A DNA stretch of 64,000 bases from Candidatus Bathyarchaeia archaeon (GCA_038883655.1 JAVZLQ010000004.1:160001-224000); one strand, 5' to 3'; counted from the first letter of the stretch, positions 9,587-18,863 are shown. Made by a program: numbers and translations. Notes: a model not told the origin generated them from the letters alone.

Positions 9587-10410
9587 TTTAGGCGTTCTCC
9601 CTTGCGTTTAAGCCATTCTTCTGGTGAGATGGCTATGGGCACGGAAACTAGCTGTTTTTTACCAAGTTTGGCTGGAGGCTTCTCGTAGGGTTTTATGAAA
9701 ATCTCCTCTTCAAGTGGACGGATCTCTAATGTTGCATAGCCATATGTGATTAAGAAGCTTGTCATAAAAGCCCTATGGACTGTTTCCTCATATGTTTCAG
9801 CCATGATGAAGTCCCAATAACTTATCTTTTCATCTTCACCTTGTTCGGCGGTTTTATTTTTGAGTTCGCGCCAAAAGTTTTCCAGTTCTTCGGAGAAGGC
9901 TTTGTCCAGCAGTATTCTCTGTTCTATTAGTTCTTTGCGTGTTGCCTTGCCCGCTTCGGCTTCCATCGGCAGAGGTTCCTTCCACCTCTCTTTCAGTGGC
10001 AGTAAGCTTTCCCAGTATCGTATTGCCTCTGCTAGGCTGTGAAGTGAAATTTGCTCCAATTCGACTGTTGGATGCCAAGCGTAAAGGAAACTTTCAACAA
10101 TGTCTTCTTTTTCTATCCGCCTTATCTTCTCTTCTAGCAGGAATGGGTCTGTGTAAAGCGACGTTGAACGGTGTTTAACCCACTCGCTTTGCAGTTTTAT
10201 GACCGAGGCTATGTGATGTATTGTTTCAGCGTCTAGGCATAGATCTTCTGGGATTTCCCATTCTGGAAAATACTCCTTAACCGTTGCTATAATGTCGTCC
10301 ACGTCTATCAAGAACGGGTCTAGGGAGCGCTCCTCCACGGATCTGCACATTTCAATTATGCGCTGGAGCTTCTCCCTACCAGCCTTTATTCGCTCCTTCT
10401 TTGACTGCAT
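9583..10410 (-). CDS. Kleisin (ScpA/Nse4-like)
   Basis: ScpA-like N-terminus LDPFLIDVDDII...DLCLDAETIHHIASVIKLQS and C-terminal wHTH ISYWDFI...ETVHRAFMTSFLITYGYATLE. Coupled to the SMC gene (TGATG overlap). Confidence 0.72.
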   Translation of the reverse strand: MQSKKERIKAGREKLQRIIEMCRSVEERSLDPFLIDVDDIIATVKEYFPEWEIPEDLCLDAETIHHIASVIKLQSEWVKHRSTSLYTDPFLLEEKIRRIEKEDIVESFLYAWHPTVELEQISLHSLAEAIRYWESLLPLKERWKEPLPMEAEAGKATRKELIEQRILLDKAFSEELENFWRELKNKTAEQGEDEKISYWDFIMAETYEETVHRAFMTSFLITYGYATLEIRPLEEEIFIKPYEKPPAKLGKKQLVSVPIAISPEEWLKRKGERLK

Positions 10411-12353
10411 CAAGTAACCTCGCGTATTATCGATTTGCCCTCAACATTTTGCACAGTAATTATGTTAATGGCTTCTTTTGCGAATGTCACTTGGCTTGGC
10501 GTGATTATAATGTATTGGGCGTTTGCATCTTTAACCATTGATATTAATATTTTAGCAATTAGCTCGCGGTTTTTCGGGTCCATGTGGATATCATACTCGT
10601 CAACTGCCCTGAACGGTGAGCGGACGTGCTGTTGTAAGGCTAGAAGAAAGCTCATTGTGGCTGTTGTTCTTTCTCCACCGCTTTGCGTGTAAGCATCTAA
10701 TGGAACTGGTTTTGCACCCTTAAAGCCCACAAGAATCTCCAGTCCAGCAGCCTCAATGTCGTGCTCGTTAACAAGCCTAACTTCACCTACAGCTTGAGAT
10801 TGGCTTAAGATTTTCTGGTATTCTAAGCTTACGCGGTCGAGAAGGCTCTGGATGACTGTTCGCCAAGCTTGCATCCTCGTCTTAATCTCTTCAAGTGCTT
10901 TTTCCCTGTTTTCCGCAACAAGCCTAGCCTTATCCTTGAGCTCCAAATACAGTTTTGAGTAGGATTCATACATGCGTTCTATGTCCTCTGAAACGTTTGA
11001 AAGTGCTGCCAGGTGCCCATCCGTAACCCTCAATTCATCCAAGATTTCGCCTACGCTCTTGACAACCGCAATTCTTGGTCCAGTTTGCTCTGCGCGGTTT
11101 ATGGCTTCATTTAACTGTGCCTTTGCGCTTTTTAGTTGTTGCTCGATTTCTTCCAAATCCGCTTTGACGTTTTCACGGCGGAACTGAAGCAAAGCCAGCT
11201 TAACGCGGTTTTCTAGAACTTGGCTGCCGACTTTTTCGATGTTTTCATCTAGGCTTTTGATTTTCAACTGGTTTTCATCTATCTTGCCCTTCAACTTTAA
11301 AAGGTTTTGACTAAAGCTTTGTATAAGCTCTTTAAGATTTTCGGCTCTTAAGAGTTTAAACTGCGCGTTTTCTTGCACGGGCGGGTTTAAGCCTTCTCCG
11401 GAAAACCTTTCAAATGTTGAGGTTTCCTTTAGAAGCTGTTCGTAAATGGCGACTGTAGCTTCGTTTCCAGCCTTTTCACGTTCAAGACTTAAGCGTTCCT
11501 CAAATAACGTTTTCCACTCGCTTCTCAACTTTTCCAGTTCACTTTGATGCGTGTTTAGGTGCTCTTCCACTTCGCTTGTTTCTTTTTCGATTTGGCTTAA
11601 AGTGGCCAGCCGCCTTCTCTTTTCAGCTTCCAACCCGTTTATTGTTTCTTCTCTTCTGGCAACTTCTGCCCACGCCAGCTCCCTCTCCAAAAACCGCCTC
11701 TTCGTCATTAGCTGCTTTTTCTCTTGGTATCGCTCGTACTGTTCCCGCCAATAATTGAGTGTCTGTTCGGCGGATTCCAAAAGCTTGCTTATGGATTCTT
11801 CTTGGCTTAGGATTCGCGTTAACTTTTTCTGCGCTTCCAAAACATTGACGCGGAAAGGCTCCAGTCCAACAGCTGCTTCTACCATGCGTAGCTTTTGTTG
11901 TTGCGAGAGCACTGTGAACTGTTCAACCATGTTTTGATGCATTATTATGAGCATGTTGTTCGGGTCGACGCCAAGCTTTGAGAGGAATCTGTCAACCTCC
12001 GCCTTCGTAACAGCCCTATTCTCCAACTCAAACCAGTACTGCCCATCCCTACGCAAAACACGCGTGAGAAAAATCTGATCCTTGTTAAATTTTGGAACTG
12101 GGCGCCTCCCGCCTTTCTTAGCGTTATCCAAAATTAGCGTGACGCGCGCTTGGTCCTTGCCCCAACGAATCAAGTCGCTCAATTTCCTAGAACGTTCAGT
12201 ATAAGACTGCCCAAGAGCTACAGAAATAGCTAATAAAAGCGAGGATTTTCCAGAACCATTCGGACCGCAAACAACATTTACGCCTGGTTTAAGGGGTACC
12301 CTAGCGTACTCGTAGCTCATGAAGTTTTCAAGGATTACCTCGCTGACGAGCAT
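10410..12353 (-). CDS. Short SMC-family ATPase with an Smc5/6-like head
   Basis: ENFMSY, Walker A GPNGSGKSS, Q-loop IMHQ, long coiled coil, signature QSGGE and Walker B/D-loop PFRAVDEYDIHMD. Only 647 aa. Confidence 0.9.
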   Translation of the reverse strand: MLVSEVILENFMSYEYARVPLKPGVNVVCGPNGSGKSSLLLAISVALGQSYTERSRKLSDLIRWGKDQARVTLILDNAKKGGRRPVPKFNKDQIFLTRVLRRDGQYWFELENRAVTKAEVDRFLSKLGVDPNNMLIIMHQNMVEQFTVLSQQQKLRMVEAAVGLEPFRVNVLEAQKKLTRILSQEESISKLLESAEQTLNYWREQYERYQEKKQLMTKRRFLERELAWAEVARREETINGLEAEKRRRLATLSQIEKETSEVEEHLNTHQSELEKLRSEWKTLFEERLSLEREKAGNEATVAIYEQLLKETSTFERFSGEGLNPPVQENAQFKLLRAENLKELIQSFSQNLLKLKGKIDENQLKIKSLDENIEKVGSQVLENRVKLALLQFRRENVKADLEEIEQQLKSAKAQLNEAINRAEQTGPRIAVVKSVGEILDELRVTDGHLAALSNVSEDIERMYESYSKLYLELKDKARLVAENREKALEEIKTRMQAWRTVIQSLLDRVSLEYQKILSQSQAVGEVRLVNEHDIEAAGLEILVGFKGAKPVPLDAYTQSGGERTTATMSFLLALQQHVRSPFRAVDEYDIHMDPKNRELIAKILISMVKDANAQYIIITPSQVTFAKEAINIITVQNVEGKSIIREVT

Positions 12354-12554
12354 CTGCCATTCTTTTCCTCTAGCGCCTTCCCTACTGCAGTATAAAATAG
12401 AGGATAAAAACTCTTATTAAAACAATTAGGCAAGAAGGGGTTGGGGCTAATCTTTATTTTAACAAAATTTTGGACCCATGTTATGTATGTGTGGATATGC
12501 AAAACGCAAAACTTTAGTCTTCAACTCCATACAATAATTGTTGGCGATATCGAA

Positions 12555-13241
12555 ATGGTTGTTGCTGGCAAAGTGTTTAGGCTCGCGGAACAGCTTTCGT
12601 TGGCTGAAGTTGCTTCTAGGCTTAAGGATTATCGTGTTGAAGAGCCTTATGAGGAGGGCGATTACAAGTTTACGCTTGTTAGCGAAGTTGTTGGGCTTCT
12701 TTCAAAAGAAGGTGGGCTTCGGGGCATCTACTCCCATGATTACGTTATTCACGTTTTTCATAGGGGCAAGATGGCGCCTTTGCCACGCACAGTTGAAGCA
12801 CTGTTCAGTTTTGCAGAACATGGAAAAGCCACGTTTTTGACTGTTGTGGAGAAGAAGCGTCTAGCCAACTTCATAGCCAACAAGCTCAGCGAAATCCTAT
12901 TCGAGAAGGTTGGCGGAATAGTTGAAGCCCGAATCCCGCCTGAAACTTTGAGGGACTTCCACTTGAAGAATCCTGAAGATACGAAGATAACGTTTTTCGA
13001 TAACGTTGACATTCCAAACGTGAACAAGCTTTCGCTTTATGGACCAGACCTAATCAACACTTCGCTTTTCGAAGACTACTGCAAACATGGCGACCTCTGG
13101 TACGTCGTCGCAAGAACTAGAGAATACGGCTATGTGGTTGGCATAACCCGCGACGCGTCAGTCACGATATTCAACCTAACAGACAAAGAAAGATACTTGG
13201 AGTACGTGCAGAAGGAAGTTTACCCGCTAATAGCTAAATAG
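12555..13241 (+). CDS. Conserved archaeal hypothetical protein, divergent from the SMC operon
   Basis: Long ORF with globular alpha/beta composition; ATG 12555 preferred over TTG 12441. Confidence 0.7.
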   Translation: MVVAGKVFRLAEQLSLAEVASRLKDYRVEEPYEEGDYKFTLVSEVVGLLSKEGGLRGIYSHDYVIHVFHRGKMAPLPRTVEALFSFAEHGKATFLTVVEKKRLANFIANKLSEILFEKVGGIVEARIPPETLRDFHLKNPEDTKITFFDNVDIPNVNKLSLYGPDLINTSLFEDYCKHGDLWYVVARTREYGYVVGITRDASVTIFNLTDKERYLEYVQKEVYPLIAK

Positions 13242-13297
13242 GAAGAGAAACCTTTTACGCTAGATTAACATTTCATAAACAGAATGGAGGACATCGG

Positions 13298-14719
13298 TTG
13301 TCCTTTTTAAGGAAATTTAAGGAAAAATTAACTCCACCGAACGCGTCCATTTCTTTGGAACTTGCGAAATGGCGATTCAGCCCAGGCGAAACCATTGAAG
13401 GCAAAGTTGTAGTCAAATCGGAAGAAGATTTTGACGCCGTTGGAATACGATGCGAAGTAGAATGCATCGAGGAAATTAAAAGTAGAGTAAGCGAGTACAA
13501 TTCGTCAAGAAAACGCATGATTGAAAGAGACGTCTGGAATAGAATTACGCATTTTGCGGAAAAACCAACGATTTGTGGTCCAATACACATCACAAAAGGG
13601 TCAACACAAGCTTTCCCAATAAGCATTAAGCTCCCAACAAGCGCATGGCTATCTCATAAAGGAGTTGACCGCAAGCTTACATGGATCATTAAGGGCGTAG
13701 TAGCCGTTGAAGGTAGACCAGACGCCACAAGCAAAACCATAGAAATTGAAGTTGGCGAGCCACAGCAAATTCAGCCTCCGCCACCACCGCCAATACCAGC
13801 TCCTGCTCCACAAGTGGCAGCACCTACTAGTCAAACAGCAGCCGCGCCTCCGCCGCCGAGTATGCCTTTGCCAACAAACTGTGGCAGATGTGGCGCTCCA
13901 TTAGGCGTGTCACATGAGGATTTGGTTGTAACTTGCAGATACTGTGGCTTTACCATGACTGTGGCAACGAGAGAAGAAGTAAGAAGGCACAGCATGTTGG
14001 AGAACCGTTTGTTCGCTCAGCAAGCCGTTGAAGCAGCGCGGAAGTACATGGATAAAGGCATTTTTAGGGTTGGTGTTTCAAAGGAAGCCGTTATAACAGA
14101 TGTGAAACTTCGTTACGTGCCCTTCTGGGTTTGCCAAGTAACCACAAACACCTATTTTAGGGGCGTTACTGGAACTGGAATTATGGGCGAAATCCACCAG
14201 GCGCAAGAGGCAGTTACAGACAAGAGGTCAAGTGGACTGGCAAAATTTGGAAAGCTCGTTCTTGCAGGAGTAAAAGCCTACGCTGAAACCCAACAGAAGG
14301 ACAGACGACCACAAACAGTAGCGTATTCCTTCTCTAACACTTATATTTGGCCGACTTTGGCTAGGCGGACAATGATAAGCGAAATAAACTATTATGATGT
14401 GCCAGCCGCGCGAAAGATTCCCTTTGACGTTGGGAAGATACCGTCAGATGTGGAATTCCTAAACATAGAGTTGAATGAGGAGGAAGCCAAAATGAAGATT
14501 AAAGCGGAAGTCGAAGCAAGGGAGCGGCTAATCGCTTCTGGGAAAGTGGACACACTTGAGACTTGCAGTACAAGTATTGTCATGGGTGAAATGGAGCTTG
14601 TTCACGCTCCAGTTTGGTTTGTGCATTACACTTTGGGCGGCGAAAACTACGTTGTCGCCGTTGATGGTTGCGAGGGGAAAGTTTTAGGTGGGGGAAGACC
14701 GCTATTTAAAATCAAATAG
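13298..14719 (+). CDS. Arrestin-N/SpoOM-like beta-sandwich, Pro-rich linker, Zn ribbon and YdjG-like C-terminal domain
   Basis: ISLELAKWRFSPGETIEGKVVV...FPISIKLP...TWIIKGVVAVEG; PPPPPP linker; CGRC...CRYC; LRYVPFWV...APVWFVHY...VAVDGCEGKV. Confidence 0.65.
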   Translation: MSFLRKFKEKLTPPNASISLELAKWRFSPGETIEGKVVVKSEEDFDAVGIRCEVECIEEIKSRVSEYNSSRKRMIERDVWNRITHFAEKPTICGPIHITKGSTQAFPISIKLPTSAWLSHKGVDRKLTWIIKGVVAVEGRPDATSKTIEIEVGEPQQIQPPPPPPIPAPAPQVAAPTSQTAAAPPPPSMPLPTNCGRCGAPLGVSHEDLVVTCRYCGFTMTVATREEVRRHSMLENRLFAQQAVEAARKYMDKGIFRVGVSKEAVITDVKLRYVPFWVCQVTTNTYFRGVTGTGIMGEIHQAQEAVTDKRSSGLAKFGKLVLAGVKAYAETQQKDRRPQTVAYSFSNTYIWPTLARRTMISEINYYDVPAARKIPFDVGKIPSDVEFLNIELNEEEAKMKIKAEVEARERLIASGKVDTLETCSTSIVMGEMELVHAPVWFVHYTLGGENYVVAVDGCEGKVLGGGRPLFKIK

Positions 14720-14736
14720 GATAGGGAAGTTGGAAA

Positions 14737-15264
14737 ATGTCGGAAAAGGAAACCATAGAGAAAGTGAAGGATAGGCAAGGAATTCTCGCGAAAATCCAGA
14801 ACATTTTCGGCTTGGGCTACGCGACTAAAGAAGACTTAAGGGAGCTGGACAAGAAACTAAGGGACTTCTACTATGCCGATTTTAGGAGCTTGCGCCACAG
14901 ATGGGAAGAAATATACTTAGCGGCTTTGAACGCTGGAAAAGCCACAGACGACTTCAAAAAGGTTATACAGATAATGGACCGTGTTGCAGAGAAAGTTAAT
15001 CGCGCTGACTATGGGTATGCTGGGCTTATGGACCGAAAGGGACACATAAAAGAAACGGAATTAGCCCGCGTCTTCAACTATGACAAGACGTTAAGCGACG
15101 AGATTCAAAAAATAATTGACGCTGTAAATGACTTGTACAAGGATAGCCAAGCTGAAAACTGGGCTGAAGCCGCCGCGAAGGCTCGGAACATTAAATCCTT
15201 AATACTCGGTTTTGAGTCTAAATGGGATGAAAGAGAAAAACAGTTTAGACCAATGGAGGTGTAA
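14737..15264 (+). CDS. Alpha-helical protein of SPFH/Zn-ribbon operons
   Basis: Helical throughout, with GY..KE..RE.DK.LR and ADYGYAGL.D motifs; lies between the Zn-ribbon and SPFH genes. Confidence 0.65.
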   Translation: MSEKETIEKVKDRQGILAKIQNIFGLGYATKEDLRELDKKLRDFYYADFRSLRHRWEEIYLAALNAGKATDDFKKVIQIMDRVAEKVNRADYGYAGLMDRKGHIKETELARVFNYDKTLSDEIQKIIDAVNDLYKDSQAENWAEAAAKARNIKSLILGFESKWDEREKQFRPMEV

Positions 15265-15269
15265 GTCAA

Positions 15270-16340
15270 ATGCCAGTTATTGAAAGGGTTTCATGGGATT
15301 ATGCTGGACCAGAAGACATAGCCTACAGATTCCCAAAACTCACTTTGAAATATGGAAGCCAAGTCATAGTTAAAGAGAACCAGTGGGCAGTTTTCTTCCG
15401 CGACGGAAAAGCCTACGACGTTTTCGGTCCTGGAAGGCACACCATAACGAGTAATAATATTCCGCTTTTGACTGGCGCCTTGAAGGCGCTTCGAATTATA
15501 GGCGACATATTCGATTGCGAAGTTATTTTTGTAAGCAACAGCCAGTTTAGGGCAAACTTCGGCGGAACAGCCTATTCCGCGCCAAGCGGAGACATAAAAT
15601 ATCAGGCGGAGCTTGGATTTTACGGTTACATGCTCTATAAAGTTGAAGACCCGAAGCTTTTCGTGACTGAGTTCTTCGGAAACAGAAACGCAAGCACATC
15701 GAGGGACATTGAAAACTACATTAGAGGTTTCATAAACGAGCGCATAATAAACGAGTTCGCAAACTACGACATATTCACCCTTGTGCGGAATGTTGACGCA
15801 ACCACGGATAAAGTTACGCTGAAAATAAGCGACGAAGCTGCGAGAGTAGGCTTGAAAGTGATAGACTGCGTATTCGAAGGCGTAAAGATCCCAGAAGAAG
15901 CTAGGCGTTTCGCTTCTGGATTGGGCGCCCAAGCTATGGTGATGCAATACATGAAAGAAACCGCCACGGAACTCAAAGGAAGCGAGGGTGGAGGCGCAGC
16001 CGCCGCCGGATTAGGCGCAGGAATGGGCTTAACAATGCCGTACATCATGGCGCAGCAGATGCAGCAAACCCAAGCGCAACAGTTGGTTATATGTCCAAGT
16101 TGCGGTGCGAAAAACCCCGTTGGAATGAAGTTCTGCGGAAACTGCGGCGCAAGTTTGGCTCCGCAAGCAAAGGTTATTTGTCCAAAGTGCAAAGCTGAGA
16201 ATCCGGCTGGAATGAAGTTCTGTGGGAACTGCGGTTCGCCCTTAACCTCGTCGACCAGCGAAGTTGCATGTCCGAAGTGTGGCACGAAGAATCCTGCTGG
16301 GACAAAGTTCTGCGGAAACTGCGGCGAAAAACTAGCCTAA
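15270..16340 (+). CDS. SPFH (band 7, YdjI-like) protein with three C-terminal zinc ribbons
   Basis: GSQVIVKENQWAVFFRDGKAYDVFGPGRHT, Gly/Ala helix AAGLGAGMG, and 3x CPxCxxxNPxGxKFCGNCG. Confidence 0.9.
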   Translation: MPVIERVSWDYAGPEDIAYRFPKLTLKYGSQVIVKENQWAVFFRDGKAYDVFGPGRHTITSNNIPLLTGALKALRIIGDIFDCEVIFVSNSQFRANFGGTAYSAPSGDIKYQAELGFYGYMLYKVEDPKLFVTEFFGNRNASTSRDIENYIRGFINERIINEFANYDIFTLVRNVDATTDKVTLKISDEAARVGLKVIDCVFEGVKIPEEARRFASGLGAQAMVMQYMKETATELKGSEGGGAAAAGLGAGMGLTMPYIMAQQMQQTQAQQLVICPSCGAKNPVGMKFCGNCGASLAPQAKVICPKCKAENPAGMKFCGNCGSPLTSSTSEVACPKCGTKNPAGTKFCGNCGEKLA

Positions 16341-16669
16341 GACCTTTTTATCTTCTCCTTTTTCTTGTTTTGACTTTTTAATGGAGAACCACATTCTCCA
16401 CAAAAATTCATGTGCGATGACATCAACGCACCGCATGATGGACAAGTGATGGGCGCTGGCGGATACAAAGCTTTTCCACAATGTCCACAAAACTTGTTCT
16501 CAACAGGGTTTTTTCCGCCACATTTTAGACAAACCACGACTTGTTTGGCGATTCTTTGGGATGGTTGCATAATTTGGAACATGGACTGCGAAATCATTAG
16601 TCCCATGGCTAATCCCAAACCAGCAGAAAAAGCCTCGCCGACACCGTAGTTTACCAATTCTTTTCCCAA
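16337..16669 (-). CDS. Double zinc-ribbon protein resembling the C-terminal part of the SPFH protein
   Basis: FSAGLGLAMGLMISQSM helix followed by CLKC..NP..NKFCGHCG and CPSC....MNFCGECG. Confidence 0.8.
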   Translation of the reverse strand: MGKELVNYGVGEAFSAGLGLAMGLMISQSMFQIMQPSQRIAKQVVVCLKCGGKNPVENKFCGHCGKALYPPAPITCPSCGALMSSHMNFCGECGSPLKSQNKKKEKIKRS

Positions 16670-16746
16670 TTTAAATCATGTGCTTTTGTTTGAGAAAAAC
16701 CTTGCTGATGATGTAGTCTTATTTGTAAGTTGGTGGTTAAATTGAA

Positions 16747-17355
16747 GTGGCGGTGCATATGAGTGCTGTTAAGGGTTTATGGAACATTGTGCTTAGCGGC
16801 TACCCAAAGTCTGGCAAGACAATGCTTGCCAACCGTTTGGTTGCGGAAAACAAGAAGTTTGCGCGGATAGGCGTGGACGAGTTGAGAACAATGCTTTTTA
16901 ATGAAGCGCCTCCATGCAGAGACGAGTTTCTCGTTTATTCGATAATTGCCCAACTACGCGATTATTTGTTGAAGAAGGGCTATAGCGTCGTAATAGATTC
17001 AACAGCGCCAGACAACGTGACCCGCGCTTTTTTGTTGATGACAAATGTTAAAAACGTGAACCGCTTGGTTGTTCTCTTCAACGTTGATAGGGAAGTCATA
17101 ATTGAAAGAAACATAGCGCTTTTCGGAGATGCCACACCCGTTTTCGCTTGGGATGAACGGTGGGAGACGCCGCCAGTGGGCGTTCCAATCTTCAAGTTTA
17201 AAAGCAACAATATGGAGGAGTTTGAGGCTTACTACGCGAGGCTTGCGGAACTTCTAGAAAGCGAAATGCACCCATACAAGCCAGAATTTCAACACGCCCT
17301 AACATCAAAAAAGAGAATTAACCTTTTTAGAAAACTTTTGAAAAAGCGCTTCTAG
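16747..17355 (+). CDS. P-loop kinase (AAA_33-like)
   Basis: LSGYPKSGKT, VDELR, SVVIDST. Confidence 0.8.
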   Translation: MAVHMSAVKGLWNIVLSGYPKSGKTMLANRLVAENKKFARIGVDELRTMLFNEAPPCRDEFLVYSIIAQLRDYLLKKGYSVVIDSTAPDNVTRAFLLMTNVKNVNRLVVLFNVDREVIIERNIALFGDATPVFAWDERWETPPVGVPIFKFKSNNMEEFEAYYARLAELLESEMHPYKPEFQHALTSKKRINLFRKLLKKRF

Positions 17356-17362
17356 CCCCTAT

Positions 17363-17890
17363 TTAAAATTCTATTCCTCTTCTGGCTTGGTAGCCCTTAT
17401 TATATGGGTGTTTGACCTCCCTCATTTCCGTGACCAAGTCCGCTGCTTCTATTATCTCGTTTGGAGCGTATCTTCCAGTCAAAACCAGTTCCACGTGTTT
17501 CGGCTTACTTTTTATTAGCGTTAAAACTCTTTCAAGGCTTATTAGCTTCAAGTTTAATGCGACATTTACCTCGTCCAAAACTACTATGTCGTATTCCCCG
17601 CTTTTCACAACCGCTTCGGCAAGCGACAAGGCTTCCTCGGCATTTTCAATGTCTTCTTTAGAGGGCTTTTCCATTATGAACTTGCCTCTACCAAAGGCTT
17701 TCAGTTTGAGGTTTGGCAGTTTATCGACAATGTAGAGTTCGCCGTAGTCGAAGCCGCCTTTAATGAACTGTATAACGTAAACTTTTAAGCCCCTTCCTAT
17801 GGCTCTTAAGGCTAAGCCAAAAGCGGCTGTTGTTTTGCCCTTCCCATTTCCGGTATAAACTTGAACAAGACCTTTCTCAAGCTTGCCCAT
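17363..17890 (-). CDS. cobO: Cob(I)alamin/cob(I)yrinate adenosyltransferase (CobA/BtuR/CobO type)
   Basis: YTGNGKGKTTAAFG, QFIKG, LDEV, LTGR, KHPY..G..ARRGIEF. Confidence 0.93.
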   Translation of the reverse strand: MGKLEKGLVQVYTGNGKGKTTAAFGLALRAIGRGLKVYVIQFIKGGFDYGELYIVDKLPNLKLKAFGRGKFIMEKPSKEDIENAEEALSLAEAVVKSGEYDIVVLDEVNVALNLKLISLERVLTLIKSKPKHVELVLTGRYAPNEIIEAADLVTEMREVKHPYNKGYQARRGIEF

Positions 17891-17896
17891 TTCCGT

Positions 17897-18850
17897 TTAC
17901 GCCTTTTTCAGCGATTCTCTGAGAAATTTTTCGGCGGCTGACGCTGGGTCCATCTCCTTCCTAATGATTTTCTCAAGTAATTCCTCAAATTTTCCTTCCT
18001 TTTTTAGCTTCTCAATTATTGACTGGGCAACTTTATCCTTAATCGCCTCCACAAGCTCAACTTCAGCCTTCAAAAGGGCTCTTTCGCGCTGCTTTTCTCT
18101 TTCTAGAAATTTTCTATGCTCCTCAAGCTTTTCAATTAATTCTGGGACGCCCTCGCCCGTGAGCGCAACTGTTTTTACTATTGGGATGCGCCACGCCTTT
18201 TCCTTGTTGTTTAGTTGTAGCATGGCTTGGATGTCGATGACTGTTTTGTCAGCGTTCTCCCGATCAGCCTTGTTGACGACGAATATGTCGGCTATTTCCA
18301 TCAAACCGGCCTTTATCGCCTGTATTTCGTCTCCCAGTCCGGGCGCGTGTATAACGACTACTGTTTGTGCCACTTTTACGATTTCAACTTCAGATTGACC
18401 AGCGCCAACTGTTTCCACGATAACCACATCTTTTCCAGCGGCATCCAAAACCTTCACGGCGTCGCTTGTCGCCTTAGCGATTCCGCCGGAATAGTTGCGC
18501 GTAGCCATGCTTCTAATGAAAACTTCTGGGTCTGTGCTTAACTCTTGCATCCTAATCCTATCGCCTAAAAACGCTCCGCCAGTGAACGGGCTTGTTGGGT
18601 CAACGGCGACAACACCCACTTTCCTGCCCATCCGCCTATACTCGCGTACAATCTTTTCTATCAACGTACTTTTGCCAGAGCCGCCTGGACCAGTTAATCC
18701 TATCACGTGGGCTTTTCCGGTGTGCGGGTAAATGGCGGCTATTATTTCCTTTGCTTGAGGCTCATCGTTTTCAATTATTGTTATTGCCTTTGCTATGCTT
18801 CTTCTGTCTCCGGATAGGACACCCTTGACTATCTCTTCAGTTTTTATCAA
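17897..18850 (-). CDS. meaB: Acyl-CoA mutase-associated GTPase chaperone MeaB
   Basis: GPGGSGKST, VDPTSPFTGGAFLGDRIRM, ETVGAGQSE, NKAD. Confidence 0.95.
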   Translation of the reverse strand: MIKTEEIVKGVLSGDRRSIAKAITIIENDEPQAKEIIAAIYPHTGKAHVIGLTGPGGSGKSTLIEKIVREYRRMGRKVGVVAVDPTSPFTGGAFLGDRIRMQELSTDPEVFIRSMATRNYSGGIAKATSDAVKVLDAAGKDVVIVETVGAGQSEVEIVKVAQTVVVIHAPGLGDEIQAIKAGLMEIADIFVVNKADRENADKTVIDIQAMLQLNNKEKAWRIPIVKTVALTGEGVPELIEKLEEHRKFLEREKQRERALLKAEVELVEAIKDKVAQSIIEKLKKEGKFEELLEKIIRKEMDPASAAEKFLRESLKKA

Positions 18851-18863
18851 TTGCTACACATCT

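Noticed and set aside
9032-12353. Wadjet/MksBEFG or Rad50-Mre11 interpretation of the SMC operon
   Set aside because: No Toprim JetD/MksG or Mre11 nuclease nearby, no zinc hook, gene order differs, and the head motifs look Smc5/6-like.
16090-16330. DNA repeats AAGTTCTG(C/T)GG(A/G)AACTGCGG as a non-coding repeat array
   Set aside because: They encode the three KFCGNCG zinc-ribbon repeats of the SPFH protein.
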